In this document: piece by piece, positions 21,478 to 30,359 of the stretch
Layout: each line of letters begins with the position of its first letter
Position numbering within the stretch: position 1 is the stretch's first letter
Source of the DNA: a virus
Direction: 5' to 3' (one strand)
Length of the DNA: 64,000 nt
Virus record (IMG/VR): IMGVR_UViG_3300002026_000020
The notes under the pieces: model-generated
The model's input: only the letters and a program-made list of their open reading frames with translations
Told to the model about the DNA's origin: nothing
Database searches by the model: none
Made by a program: the position numbers and the translations under genes

Positions 21478-22052
21478 TAAAATCTCTCTCCGACTCTCAA
21501 CTCCAGATAATCAAAGACATTCAGAGTCTCTACACTGGCAACATCCAATGCGATGTCACCTTCTCAAAGGGAGCCTTCTGGAAGGGCTTAGAAGAGCCTA
21601 CAATCAAGTTTGATGTCTGCCCCCACCCAAAGCGTCCAGATGTCCTCCAAGCCGATTGTAGGCACCTTCCTATGCCAGAGAACACCCTTGAGTCGATGAT
21701 GTACGATCCACCTTTCATCGTAGCTCACGGAAAGGGTTCCGTTATAGGGAATCGTTTCTCGTCATATAAAAGTATGAAGGAGCTTTGGAAGTTCTATGAT
21801 GACTCGCTCAAGGAGTTTGGCAGAGTCATCAAGAAGAAGGGCTACCTTATCGTCAAGTGTCAAGATATTGTCTCGGGCGGAAAGAACCACCTGTCGCATG
21901 TTTTTATCTGCAACAAGGCAGCGGAATGCGGCTTTGAGAACATTGATTTGTTCATTCTCACCGCTAAACACCGCATGACAACACATAATACAACCATACA
22001 GAAACACGCAAGAAAATACCACTCATATTTCCTTGTATTCCAGAAAAAGTGA
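21474..22052 (+). CDS. DNA adenine methyltransferase-like protein
   Basis: DVTFSKG, YDPPF, RVIKKKG, KCQD. Confidence 0.75.
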   Translation: MIKSLSDSQLQIIKDIQSLYTGNIQCDVTFSKGAFWKGLEEPTIKFDVCPHPKRPDVLQADCRHLPMPENTLESMMYDPPFIVAHGKGSVIGNRFSSYKSMKELWKFYDDSLKEFGRVIKKKGYLIVKCQDIVSGGKNHLSHVFICNKAAECGFENIDLFILTAKHRMTTHNTTIQKHARKYHSYFLVFQKK

Positions 22053-22235
22053 GAACCTATTTATAACAACATATAGCGTATGGCGTAGTATTTATACGCT
22101 ATACATTGTGGTGTTTGACAGATTACCCATTGATAAATACCACTACCAACTAAAATAAGATGATATGAAAAACTCTATGTCAATAAATATGTTACAACAA
22201 TATTTTTCTCGTATAAATACATATAGGAGAATAGT

Positions 22236-22988
22236 ATGAGAAAAATAGAAATAGGCGAAAGATACAATAACTTTACTGTACTAAAACAAGTAGAAAGTAA
22301 GAATAATAGAAAGATGTGGTTATGCAAATGTGTCTGTGGAAATGAACATCCGGTAAGCGGAACCTATTTGATAAATGGGCAAACGAAGTCGTGCGGATGT
22401 GTCAATAAAAATATTGGATCTAATAAAAGTAAGAATATATCGGGAGAGCGGTTTGGTAAGTTGGTGGCTGTCTCGCAAATGGGGGCTAAGTCGTTCGGCA
22501 AAAAAGGAAGACAGATGATGTGGTTGTGTAAGTGTGATTGTGGTGGAGAAAAGGTATGCCCAACATCAAAACTCATCAACGGAACTTATAAAGATTGTGG
22601 ATGTTTTTATAAAAGTTCGGCAAACAATCACCACAATTGGAAGGGGTATGGCGAAATTTCTCTTTCTCTGTGGAACTCTATAAAAAGTGGAGCAAAAAGT
22701 CGCGGCTTTGATTTTAGTATAGATATAGAGTATGTTTGGAATTTATACATAGAGCAGAGTAAAAAATGTGCTTATTCCGGCGTAGATATATACTTCTCAA
22801 ACAATATAAACCATCATAGGGGAAATGCATCCCTTGATAGAATAGATAGTAGTAAAGGATATATAAAAGGAAATGTTCAGTGGATTCATAAAGACATCAA
22901 TAAGATGAAAAATGATTTTACTGAGGATATATTTTTGATGTATTGTAAAAAAATAACAGAGACTAAAATAACAGCAGGAGAACAATAA
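22236..22988 (+). CDS. HNH-type homing endonuclease
   Basis: Repeated WLCKCxCG...SCGC modules; SLDRIDSSKGYIKGNVQW. Confidence 0.85.
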   Translation: MRKIEIGERYNNFTVLKQVESKNNRKMWLCKCVCGNEHPVSGTYLINGQTKSCGCVNKNIGSNKSKNISGERFGKLVAVSQMGAKSFGKKGRQMMWLCKCDCGGEKVCPTSKLINGTYKDCGCFYKSSANNHHNWKGYGEISLSLWNSIKSGAKSRGFDFSIDIEYVWNLYIEQSKKCAYSGVDIYFSNNINHHRGNASLDRIDSSKGYIKGNVQWIHKDINKMKNDFTEDIFLMYCKKITETKITAGEQ

Positions 22989-22989
22989 G

Positions 22990-25236
22990 ATGTCTATACG
23001 CGCCCTCATGGAATACACACGTTACGCTAAATACAGCCGTTTCGTACCGGAACTCAAAAGAAGAGAAACGTGGGACGAACAGGTTGACAGAGTATTCGAG
23101 ATGCATGAAAAGAAGTATGCGGATAAGATTGAATCCATAAGAGAAGATTTTGAGTTTGCAAAGCAGATGGTAAAGCGTAAGCGTGTTCTCGGCTCGCAGA
23201 GAGCCTTGCAGTTTGGTGGTAAGCCAATCCTTGACAAGAATGCGAAGCTCTATAACTGTACCGTAAGTTATGTTGATCGCCCTCGTTTCTTCCAAGAGTG
23301 CATGTATCTACTTCTTTGTGGTTGTGGAACCGGCTTTTCCGTCCAGACGCACCATGTAGCCAAGTTGAGCGACATTGCAACCAGAACCAAGGCTGAGAAG
23401 ACATATGTTGTTCCTGACTCCATTGAGGGCTGGGCTGACGCTATTGGTGTTCTCGTCTCTTCATACTTCACAGGCGAAGTTCCTTTCCCCGACTATCAAG
23501 GGCATAAGGTAAAGTTCGACTTCAGCAAGATTCGTCCAGCAGGCGCTCCCCTTTCATGGGGTGGCAAGGCTCCAGGCGCTAAGGGCTTGACACAATCCAT
23601 TGAGAAGATGGCAAGTGTTTTTGATGTAACCCTTGCAACCGGATCGAAGCGTCTTCGCTCCATCGACGCATACGATCTTATCATGCACGCATCCGATGCG
23701 GTGCTTAGTGGTGGTATTCGCCGCAGCGCAACCATTTGCATATTCTCGGCTAATGACACCGAAATGGTAAATGCTAAGACTGGTGACTGGTTCATCAAGA
23801 ACCCGCAGCGTGGACGCTCCAACAACTCGGCTCTGCTCATTCGTGAGAAGACTTCCCGTGAAGACTTCGAGAAGCTGATGAAGTCGGTGCGTGAATTCGG
23901 TGAGCCTGGATTTATTTGGAGTGACAACGAAGAAGCTCTGTATAATCCATGCGTAGAAATCGGCATGCGTGCCTATGACGAGAAGGGCAACTCTGGCTGG
24001 CAGTTCTGCAACCTCTGTGAAATCAACATGAAGAAGTGCAAGACGGAAGAGGAATTCCTCAATGTCTGCCGTGCAGCCGCTATTCTCGGAACCATGCAGG
24101 CTGGTTACGATAAGTTTGATTATCTTGGTCCAGTCACCGAAGCCATCGTTCGTCGTGAAGCCCTTCTCGGCTGCTCTATGACAGGCATGATGGATTCGCC
24201 AGAAATAGCTTTCGATCCAGCCATTCAGAAGAAGGGCGCAAAGCTTATTCTCAAGGTGAACGAAGAGATAGCCGCCAAGCTCGGTGTCAACAAGTGTGCA
24301 AGAGCTACCTGTGTCAAGCCTGCTGGAAGCACAAGCTGCTTGCTCGGCTCGGCAAGTGGAATCCACCCACACCACGCTCGTCGCTACTTCCGCCGTGTTC
24401 AGGCTAATGTCAATGAAACTCCACTCAAGTATTTCCAGGCTCACAATCCAAGAGCCGTTGAGAAGTCTGTGTGGAGCGCAACTGGAACTGACATGTCAAT
24501 CGTATTCCTATGCGAAGTTCCCGAAGGAGCCAAGCTCAAGAATCAGATGAACGCTGTCGAGCTTCTTGAGCATGTGCGTCTCACCCAGCAGAATTGGGTT
24601 GAGTATGGCACCCGTGATGATGCGGTAGTCGCTTCATGGCTCCGTCACAATGTTTCCAACACCATCACCGTTCGTGATGATGAATGGGATGATGTAACCA
24701 AGTTCATTTACAACAACCGCAAGTGGTTCGCAGGAATCTCCTTGCTGCCTATGTCGGGCGACTTGGATTACCCGCAGGCTCCGTTCTGCTGCGTCTTGGA
24801 GCCAAAAGAAATAATGGCTCAGTATGGCGAGGGGGCTTTGTTTGCTTCGGGGCTTATCGTTGACGGCTTGAAGGCTTTCGATGATAACCTATGGGCAGCG
24901 TGTGACTCGGCTCTCGGCATAGGTGAGAAGCTTGAGTTGACAGACGAGCAAAAGAAGCTAACCAACGGCAAGCTGAAGGCAGTTGTTGACAAGCTCACCA
25001 TCAAGGAAGATTGGGTACGCCGCTTCCAGCAGTTCGCAGATAGATACTGCGGTGGGGATAAGCGTAGATGCTCACACCTTCTCAAGCATGTCACCAACTA
25101 TAAGCTGTGGGTTGACTTGAAGCGTGAGTACCAAGAGGTTGATTGGAGTCTATGCATGGAAGATGACTTCAAGATTGATGTAACTACAATAGCTGGAGCA
25201 GCTTGCAGCGGTCCAAACGGCTGCGAGATGAAGTGA
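22990..25236 (+). CDS. nrdJ: Class II (adenosylcobalamin-dependent) ribonucleotide reductase
   Basis: RRETW, YNC, GIRRSA, NPCVEI, FCNLCE, VKPAGS, C-terminal CSGPNGC. Confidence 0.9.
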   Translation: MSIRALMEYTRYAKYSRFVPELKRRETWDEQVDRVFEMHEKKYADKIESIREDFEFAKQMVKRKRVLGSQRALQFGGKPILDKNAKLYNCTVSYVDRPRFFQECMYLLLCGCGTGFSVQTHHVAKLSDIATRTKAEKTYVVPDSIEGWADAIGVLVSSYFTGEVPFPDYQGHKVKFDFSKIRPAGAPLSWGGKAPGAKGLTQSIEKMASVFDVTLATGSKRLRSIDAYDLIMHASDAVLSGGIRRSATICIFSANDTEMVNAKTGDWFIKNPQRGRSNNSALLIREKTSREDFEKLMKSVREFGEPGFIWSDNEEALYNPCVEIGMRAYDEKGNSGWQFCNLCEINMKKCKTEEEFLNVCRAAAILGTMQAGYDKFDYLGPVTEAIVRREALLGCSMTGMMDSPEIAFDPAIQKKGAKLILKVNEEIAAKLGVNKCARATCVKPAGSTSCLLGSASGIHPHHARRYFRRVQANVNETPLKYFQAHNPRAVEKSVWSATGTDMSIVFLCEVPEGAKLKNQMNAVELLEHVRLTQQNWVEYGTRDDAVVASWLRHNVSNTITVRDDEWDDVTKFIYNNRKWFAGISLLPMSGDLDYPQAPFCCVLEPKEIMAQYGEGALFASGLIVDGLKAFDDNLWAACDSALGIGEKLELTDEQKKLTNGKLKAVVDKLTIKEDWVRRFQQFADRYCGGDKRRCSHLLKHVTNYKLWVDLKREYQEVDWSLCMEDDFKIDVTTIAGAACSGPNGCEMK

Positions 25237-25270
25237 GTGATACAGTGGGGTGGGCTACCAACTCACCCCA

Positions 25271-25348
25271 TTGACATTACTAAAAAGCTGTTATACTAAA
25301 CCTCAGAAGAAAGAAAAAGTAAGTGGTCGTGTGAACCGCTTATAAATA
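25271..25348 (+). promoter_or_regulatory. Promoters for tRNA array 1: TTGACA-N15-TATACT and late TATAAATA
   Basis: TTGACA 25271, TATACT 25292, TATAAATA 25341. Confidence 0.65.
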
Positions 25349-25372
25349 CCTATAACAAGGATTCAGATTTCA

Positions 25373-25447
25373 ATGACTACATGCACCTATAATAAGATAG
25401 CAAATAAAGGATGTGCCGAAGGTACAATCCTCGGGGGTGCGGTGTAA
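25373..25447 (+). CDS. Attenuator leader peptide 1 (MTTCTYNKIANKGCAEGTILGGAV)
   Basis: AAGGA RBS at 25357; 24 codons; 3' end complementary to the terminator 5' arm. Confidence 0.75.
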   Translation: MTTCTYNKIANKGCAEGTILGGAV

Positions 25448-25474
25448 CAAAGGTTCTCAAACCTAAGATTCACC

Positions 25475-25510
25475 GAAACCCCTGGCTAAAACCAGGGGTT
25501 TCTTCTTTTA
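25475..25510 (+). terminator. Intrinsic terminator (attenuator) upstream of tRNA array 1
   Basis: GAAACCCCTGG-ctaaaa-CCAGGGGTTTC followed by TTCTTTT. Confidence 0.9.
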
Positions 25511-25569
25511 CAACTTTATATAAGTAGTTTGATGTTTCTTCTTTTACAACTTTATATAAGTAGTTTGAT
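25498..25569 (+). repeat. Perfect 36-nt tandem duplication
   Basis: gtttcttcttttacaactttatataagtagtttgat twice. Confidence 0.95.
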
Positions 25570-25572
25570 TAT

Positions 25573-25646
25573 GCCGGTGTCGTATAACGGAAATACGAAA
25601 CATTGCCAATGTTTAGATAGGGTTTCGACTACCCTCACTGGCTCCA
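25573..25646 (+). tRNA. tRNA-Gly(GCC)
   Basis: Cloverleaf, AAACA-TTGCCAA-TGTTT, U73, CCA. Confidence 0.9.
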
Positions 25647-25649
25647 TAT

Positions 25650-25725
25650 GTTCCTATCGTCTAACGGTTTAGGACAGTAGACCCTCAATCTACTAATAGC
25701 GGTTCGAATCCGCTTAGGAACACCA
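25650..25725 (+). tRNA. tRNA-Glu(CTC)
   Basis: GTAGA-CCCTCAA-TCTAC, CCA. Confidence 0.88.
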
Positions 25726-25906
25726 AACGGTGACTCACACACCATAAACGCTAAGGCGAAGTGAGGGATTGAAAGATAGAAAATGGGATTATACTTATCC
25801 CTGTCAGCAACGATGAGCGAGCCATAAGACTCCGTGAAAGACACGGCAGGCAGACCTAAGTAGTAGTTGACACGATTGACAACTTTATATAAGTAGCTTG
25901 AATTAT

Positions 25907-25992
25907 GGGTGGTTCGGGTAGCGGCAATCTCAAAGCACTGTAAATGCTTCGCTCAAAAGGCTTCGCTGGTTCGAGTCCAGCACCACCCACCA
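25907..25992 (+). tRNA. tRNA-Tyr(GTA)
   Basis: AAGCA-CTGTAAA-TGCTT, long variable arm, CCA. Confidence 0.9.
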
Positions 25993-26028
25993 ATTATGGT
26001 TCCGTCAGTAATGACATAAAACTCACGA

Positions 26029-26114
26029 ACGAGGATAGGTCGCTCTTATCAGATTCGGGAGGAATCCTTCGACGAGGATAGGTCGCTCTTATCAGATTCG
26101 GGAGGAATCCTTCG
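26029..26114 (+). repeat. Perfect 43-nt tandem duplication
   Basis: acgaggataggtcgctcttatcagattcgggaggaatccttcg twice. Confidence 0.95.
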
Positions 26115-26186
26115 CCTAAAGCGGAGGGGAATCGCCATGCGTAGGTTTGTAGGCACGCTTCCAATAAAGAAAGCAACCTTCACCAT

Positions 26187-26277
26187 GCGTCCGTGCGTTG
26201 AGTGGCTGAAAACCTCCGACTCTTAATCGGAATGAGTTTATCTCACATCGTAGGTTCGAATCCTACCGGACGCACCA
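26187..26277 (+). tRNA. tRNA-Lys(CTT) with long variable arm
   Basis: TCCGA-CTCTTAA-TCGGA, 18-nt variable region, CCA. Confidence 0.85.
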
Positions 26278-26314
26278 TCAAAGGTTTTTCAAGTTTACCT
26301 ATAAACTTGTGCAT

Positions 26315-26405
26315 GCATCCGTGCGTTGAGTGGCTGAAAACCCCCGCCTTTTAAGCGGACGAGACTTGTTCTCCATCGTAGGTTCGAATCCTACCGGATG
26401 CACCA
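26315..26405 (+). tRNA. tRNA-Lys(TTT) with long variable arm
   Basis: CCGC-CTTTTAA-GCGG; paralog of the previous tRNA. Confidence 0.85.
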
Positions 26406-26641
26406 GACGCAGTTGACGGTACAACAAGAGGAAATAAACCGTATTGGCATTTCACTGGCTTCGGTCTGCCCAGCGGAGTGTCACGCTACCATAGGTAGAA
26501 ACTAATAAAGACCGATAGGTAAGGATGTAGTCAGCATAGACTACTGCGAAAGCGGTTCATCCGATGCCGAAATTTCATGCTGATAAGGTGCTGCAAGCGT
26601 TCGTCCTTTGCGCCAGCATACCCGACAATAAAGGACTTTAT

Positions 26642-26733
26642 GGGAACAGGACAGTAAGGAATCCACGGGGATTCACCGGATTGTAAACCCGGACCCTTCG
26701 GGGCACAAGGTTCGACTCCTTCCGTTCCCACCA
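26642..26733 (+). tRNA. tRNA-Tyr(GTA), atypical 8/4-like
   Basis: CCGGA-TTGTAAA-CCCGG, 4-bp T stem, extended D region. Confidence 0.65.
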
Positions 26734-26734
26734 A

Positions 26735-26820
26735 AATGCGTGTCTCGTACATCAGAGGGTTTCTGGTGGGTGTCTGCAAAACACATAGAGTTTGGGGTTC
26801 GACTCCCCCACGCATTTCCA
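26735..26820 (+). tRNA. tRNA-Cys(GCA), atypical 8/4
   Basis: AATGCGTG/CACGCATT acceptor, GTGT-CTGCAAA-ACAC, U73, CCA. Confidence 0.7.
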
Positions 26821-26823
26821 TAT

Positions 26824-26897
26824 GCCTGCGTAGTATAGTGTTATTACAACGCCTTTGTATCGCGAAAACGGGGGTTAGATTCCCTCCGTAGGCTCCA
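26824..26897 (+). tRNA. tRNA-Thr(TGT), weak anticodon stem
   Basis: GCCTGCG/CGTAGGC acceptor, loop TTTGTAT, CCA. Confidence 0.65.
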
Positions 26898-26951
26898 AAT
26901 ATTTCTGTCTCCCAACCACTTGTTAGTATAAATACTGGTAGGGAGATACAT

Positions 26952-27371
26952 ATGACTACATGCTTACATTGTGGAAAAGAACTTGTAATACATAAAGACA
27001 AAAATAAAAAGTTTTGTAACAATAAATGTCAGCAAGATTATCAATATGAACAAAAAGTAAAGTTATGGAAAGATGGAAGGCTAAAGGAAACCAGCGGTGA
27101 TTATCAAATAGCAAGAACTATTCGCCGGTATCTTTTTGAAAAACATGGTAATAAATGTTGTGAATGTGGTTGGGATAAAATAAACCCGATAACTGGTAAA
27201 TGCCCGTTAGAAGTTGAACATATAGATGGAAACCATGAAAATAATAAAGAAGAAAACTTAACTCTTCTTTGTCCAAATTGTCATTCATTGACTCCTACCT
27301 ATAAAGCATTGAATAGAGGAAAGGGTAGAAATCAAAGGATGAAAAGGTATAAAGAAGGAAAAACATTTTAG
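26952..27371 (+). CDS. HNH homing endonuclease
   Basis: LEVEHIDGNHENN..ENL.LLCPNCH. Confidence 0.9.
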   Translation: MTTCLHCGKELVIHKDKNKKFCNNKCQQDYQYEQKVKLWKDGRLKETSGDYQIARTIRRYLFEKHGNKCCECGWDKINPITGKCPLEVEHIDGNHENNKEENLTLLCPNCHSLTPTYKALNRGKGRNQRMKRYKEGKTF

Positions 27372-27374
27372 AAT

Positions 27375-27472
27375 GCTGCTTTAGCTCAGTTGGTAGAGCA
27401 ATAGTTTTGGTTGACTGAAATCAACTTCCAGTAAACTATAGGTCGTCTGTTCAAGTCAGACAAGCAGCACCA
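27375..27472 (+). tRNA. tRNA-Thr(TGT) with 22-nt insertion (27409-27430) in the anticodon
   Basis: Canonical D and T arms; ATAGT-TTT[GGTTGACTGAAATCAACTTCCA]GTAA-ACTAT. Confidence 0.8.
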
Positions 27473-27573
27473 GTGTCTCTTTGTTTCTCACCTTGCATAC
27501 AGGAGCATCCCTCAAGATGACTCAAACATGGTGTTGTTTCCTTTCGACATTATCAAAGAAAAGAAACAGGTAT

Positions 27574-27649
27574 AGGCGGTTAGTATACTAGGTGTTTACA
27601 TTCGTCTGTTAAACGAAAGAAGGTGGTTCGAATCCACCGCTGCCTGCCA
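27574..27649 (+). tRNA. tRNA-Asn(GTT)
   Basis: TTCGT-CTGTTAA-ACGAA, G73, CCA. Confidence 0.85.
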
Positions 27650-27654
27650 AGCAT

Positions 27655-27743
27655 TGAAGAGTACCCGAGTGGTAGCAGGGGTCTGACTGTTAATCAGAAA
27701 GCAGAAATGCTCGCCGTAGGTTCGAATCCTACCTCTTCAGCCA
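27655..27743 (+). tRNA. tRNA-Asn(GTT) with long variable arm
   Basis: TCTGA-CTGTTAA-TCAGA; AGCA-GAAA-TGCT variable arm. Confidence 0.85.
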
Positions 27744-28110
27744 AAACAAAGCTGGATAAACAATCCGCCCTGCCAACCTTCACCTGTCCTCGTAGGGGAT
27801 AGTAAACTTCTCTCCAGCATCCGAAAGGATTTGAGGGGTTAGTAAAGGTAAAAGACCTTCCGTAGTAGCCGAGCGTGTCGGCGGCGGAGCACCATTTCAA
27901 CGGATACGATGAATCCGACAGCCGCAATGGGCTGTGAAAATTAGTTGCTGGGTATAGAAGTATCTACTCAGCGGCAACCAACGAGCCATCACCGAGAACT
28001 TTAGCTGAGAGGCAAAGCGTTTCACTCATAAAAAGAAACCAGCTTCACCATTTTTGGATTACTGTGATATAATGGGTATAAATACTTTGTAGCAAAGGAG
28101 ATTTACCCAC

Positions 28111-28644
28111 ATGACAGAAAATCATAGAAAGCTAGTTGAAGCAAATTGTATTCATTGTAATAAAATAATACTAACCAGACCGGATAGAGTAAAAAAGTTT
28201 TGCTCAAAACTATGTAAAAAAATACATAGAAATGTTGAAGTGAAATGCACCAATTGTGGTAAATTAACTCTAAAGAAAAAATCGGCTCTTGCCAATTCAA
28301 AACATGAAATATATTTTTGTAGTAGAGAGTGTAAAGATTTCGCTCAAAGTATCAAGGGTGGTTGTGAGATAATAAGACCTTCTCACTATGGAAATGGTGG
28401 TTTACATTTTTACAAAAGCCTAATAAATAAAACTGACAATCCTAAATGTTGCGATTGTGGTGAAACAAAAAGATATACATTATGTGTTCATCATATAGAT
28501 AGTGATCGTGAAAATAATTCAGTAGATAATTTAGAAATAGTTTGTGCAAATTGTCACATGAAAAGACATCTAAAACTTATAGATGGTGAGTGGCAATATG
28601 GCGCAAAGTATCTTACACCAAGAGAAGATTTAAAAATCATATAA
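28111..28644 (+). CDS. HNH homing endonuclease
   Basis: VHHIDSDRENNSVDNLEIVCANCH. Confidence 0.9.
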   Translation: MTENHRKLVEANCIHCNKIILTRPDRVKKFCSKLCKKIHRNVEVKCTNCGKLTLKKKSALANSKHEIYFCSRECKDFAQSIKGGCEIIRPSHYGNGGLHFYKSLINKTDNPKCCDCGETKRYTLCVHHIDSDRENNSVDNLEIVCANCHMKRHLKLIDGEWQYGAKYLTPREDLKII

Positions 28645-28645
28645 T

Positions 28646-28721
28646 GGGGGCACATGTACCTCGCAGGCGAACCGCACTTGCAATGCAGTTGTGATGGGTT
28701 GAATCCCCATTGTCTCCACCA
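28646..28721 (+). tRNA. tRNA-Ala(TGC), atypical D arm
   Basis: G3:U70 pair, GCA-CTTGCAA-TGC, CCA. Confidence 0.7.
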
Positions 28722-29040
28722 TTTTTCAGTAGAAGCAAATCGTAAGGTACGGCATACATAAACAAATAAGGGTATGCTGGGAGCGGCGACACCAAGCCAG
28801 GGTCTATGCAATAGGCAACACTACATTCAATATAGTAGTTGTGTAAATAAAAACACTAAAGTCACTTTACGGTGGGAAGCCTTAGTGGGTGTGGAGAAAA
28901 TCTCCTTTATTGAGCCTAAAAACTCTAAGCCCTATGGTTGTACTTTGTCGTGACGAGGGTAATCCCATAGGGGAATATCCCAAGTTTAGGCTTCGAACAG
29001 CGGTGTCCACGCGACCAACCCGGCTGACTGAAAACCATTT

Positions 29041-29465
29041 AGGTGTGTAGTATGTGTCGTATAAATGTGTTTGGCGATGCTCAGTCGTTTCATCCTGCTT
29101 GTTTGGATGGGCGGCACCACAATGGACACAGCGATGTAAACCAAACACTGCGCCAGTAAGTACGCAGGGCTACCAGCCCTCGAAGAGTAGAGTATGTGCG
29201 CCTCTATCGCTTACGCTTCGGGGTTTGTTCCCGAAAGTCACACCCAAACCCATTTTTGTTTACCATGTGTGTCGTATAATGTTCTGTGCGAAGTCCGGCG
29301 AAATGACCATCACGGCTCCTGTGAGTCGATAAAGGGTGGTCATCTACCCTCAAAATGTAATAAAGACACAGTAAGCATAGAACAGCGCAGCCAGTACAGC
29401 GGTACTTTTAATTCCGTAGGAGTAGAGTATGTGCGCCTCTATCACAAGGCATGGTAAACAAAAAC
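29041..29465 (+). ncRNA. Two tandem copies of an unknown pseudoknotted RNA motif
   Basis: Shared TGTGTCGTATAA, GACACAG, GCCAGTA and GAGTAGAGTATGTGCGCCTCTATC, with covarying stems. Confidence 0.65.
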
Positions 29466-29471
29466 ATTCAT

Positions 29472-29603
29472 GTGGTGGTCGTAATAATGAAACGAAGTAA
29501 AGACTGTTATCTAAGTAAGTCTTGAAGAAACCGTTTCGTGGAAGTTACAATACGCGGCAATGCAATCGCTGAGATGCTGGTTCGAGTCCAGCCCACCACT
29601 CCA
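29472..29603 (+). ncRNA. tRNA-like RNA (acceptor and T arm with large insert)
   Basis: GTGGTGG/CCACCAC-T-CCA and GCTGG-TTCGAGT-CCAGC. Confidence 0.6.
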
Positions 29604-29742
29604 TTACAGTGTATCACACGCCTGTCAACTTGACTGGCATGGTGGGAAAAATAAGTATTGATAAATAAAAATACCCTCTACAATAGAGGCATGAGCAACG
29701 AAAGAAGCTCGGTTGACAAATATATATGAGTAGCTTGAATAT

Positions 29743-29817
29743 GGGTTGCAAGCATTAGGGCTGATGCAATGGTCTTTTAAACCATGGAAGTAGGATCGAC
29801 CCCTACGCGACTCACCA
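29743..29817 (+). tRNA. tRNA-Lys(TTT)
   Basis: ATGGT-CTTTTAA-ACCAT, CCA. Confidence 0.85.
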
Positions 29818-29922
29818 TAAGAGATTACAGGACAACTCTCTATAAACACTGTACCATTTAGCGAATACAGAAATCAGTTTCGGGTACTAGACATAAATCC
29901 GTCAACAAAAACAACCAATCAC

Positions 29923-29999
29923 GCGCCTAGTGTTCGCCGGTTGTGGACGGTGGTCTTATAAACCATTCTGAGGGTGTTCAACTCACCATAGGCGTACCA
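29923..29999 (+). tRNA. tRNA-Ile(TAT)
   Basis: GTGGT-CTTATAA-ACCAT, CCA. Confidence 0.8.
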
Positions 30000-30147
30000 T
30001 TTTGTAATCGTTGAAGAAGAGGATAGCGCAACTCATAGAACCTTCGGGGGAGAGTTGCCGTATCAATGCGATTCCTTCATTCAACCGTGTTCTCCAGCGG
30101 AACCCGATAACATTGATACGAGTTGCATCTGGATATACAACTCACAT

Positions 30148-30225
30148 GCACCCATCGTCTAACCCGGCTCAGGACAGGAGACTTTCATTCTCCCGATTGG
30201 GGTTCAAATCCCCATGGGTGTACCA
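30148..30225 (+). tRNA. tRNA-Glu(TTC)
   Basis: GGAGA-CTTTCAT-TCTCC, CCA. Confidence 0.9.
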
Positions 30226-30284
30226 TATGACGAAGTTTGTTGGTTTGATACTCAGAGCTAATTAGATAGCGAAACCAACATCAT

Positions 30285-30359
30285 GCTCTATTAGAACAGT
30301 GGCTAGTTCATTCGGCTTTCAACCGAAAGAAGAGGGATCGAAACCCTTATAGAGTACCA
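30285..30359 (+). tRNA. tRNA-Glu(TTC)
   Basis: TTCGG-CTTTCAA-CCGAA, CCA. Confidence 0.85.

Noticed and set aside
22990-25236. Intron or intein in the ribonucleotide reductase
   Set aside because: Continuous ORF of normal length with no intein motifs. The HNH gene is free-standing upstream.
25373-25510. T-box riboswitch explanation for the leader and terminator
   Set aside because: No T-box consensus (GGTGGNACCGCG) or stem I. The translated-leader model fits both copies better.
25498-26114. Possible CRISPR array from 36-nt and 43-nt repeats
   Set aside because: Only two adjacent copies each, no spacers and no cas genes. The 51988 nuclease is a stand-alone RecB/Cas4-like protein.
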